From NCBI GenBank assembly GCA_000146465.1, contig CP001944.1: a stretch of 64,000 nt of DNA; one strand, 5' to 3'. A program made the position numbers and the translations under genes. Positions 63,965 through 64,000 of the stretch are shown one piece after another. Below the pieces are notes generated by a model. The model had not been told where the DNA came from. It saw only the letters and a list, made by a program, of their open reading frames with translations, and made no database searches. How positions within the stretch are numbered: position 1 is the first letter of the stretch; each line of letters starts with the position of its first letter.

Positions 63965-64000
63965 ATGGCTAGAACAAAACAATCCGCTAGGAAAACAACA
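63965..64000 (+). CDS. Histone H3, N-terminal 12 codons. The gene continues past the window edge.
   Basis: ATG followed by ARTKQSARKTT, the invariant H3 N-terminus. Confidence 0.8.
   Translation, partial: MARTKQSARKTT

Overview
This window is a gene-dense eukaryotic chromosomal segment with no introns, long uninterrupted ORFs on both strands, and intergenic spacers mostly under 300 bp. GC content is about 42%, and the proteins are highly divergent. The best fit by inference is a microsporidian with Encephalitozoon-like compactness, at roughly 1.1 kb per gene; I cannot confirm the organism from sequence alone.

I call about 55 protein-coding genes, two tRNAs (tRNA-Phe GAA on the minus strand, tRNA-Val UAC on the plus strand, each followed by a Pol III T-run), and a partial histone H3 gene preceded by a TATA box at the 3' edge of the window.

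Most genes are eukaryotic housekeeping functions:
- Protein turnover and translation: UBA1 E1, RPL7, RPL3, Rpt1 proteasome ATPase, Pelota/Dom34.
- Trafficking and membrane: NSF/Sec18, V-ATPase proteolipid, Rab GTPase, p24 cargo receptor, Sac1 phosphatase, PI 4-kinase.
- Signalling and chromatin: 14-3-3, casein kinase I (partial), a CAMK-like kinase, class I HDAC, N-myristoyltransferase.
- Replication and repair: FEN1, a Cdc6/Orc1-like protein, a degenerate ORC-like AAA+ protein, a short Rad51 paralog.
- tRNA metabolism: CCA-adding enzyme, Ncs6/CTU1, Uba4/MOCS3.
- Other: 2-Cys peroxiredoxin, MYG1, NAD(P)HX dehydratase.

The window also holds very reduced transcription factors (TFIIA-L, a Bdp1-like SANT protein, an Sgf11-like zinc finger) and two homeobox genes.

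Features worth a second look:
- A secreted CAP/PR-1-domain protein with a long Ser/Thr-rich stalk.
- A membrane-anchored subtilisin.
- A bacterial-type cytidylate kinase (Cmk), a candidate horizontal transfer.
- A tandem pair of AIG1/FAR-17a-family membrane-protein paralogs.
- An MscS-like channel with an EF-hand.
- Several long non-coding gaps (30331-30845, 54036-54423, 63544-63964) that are unusual for so compact a genome.

I see no transposons, CRISPR arrays, rRNA genes or prokaryote-style operons.

The supplied ORF track uses GTG/TTG/CTG starts as well as ATG. Where I could read the sequence I moved starts to the first plausible in-frame ATG. Coordinates I read by hand may be off by about 1 nt.
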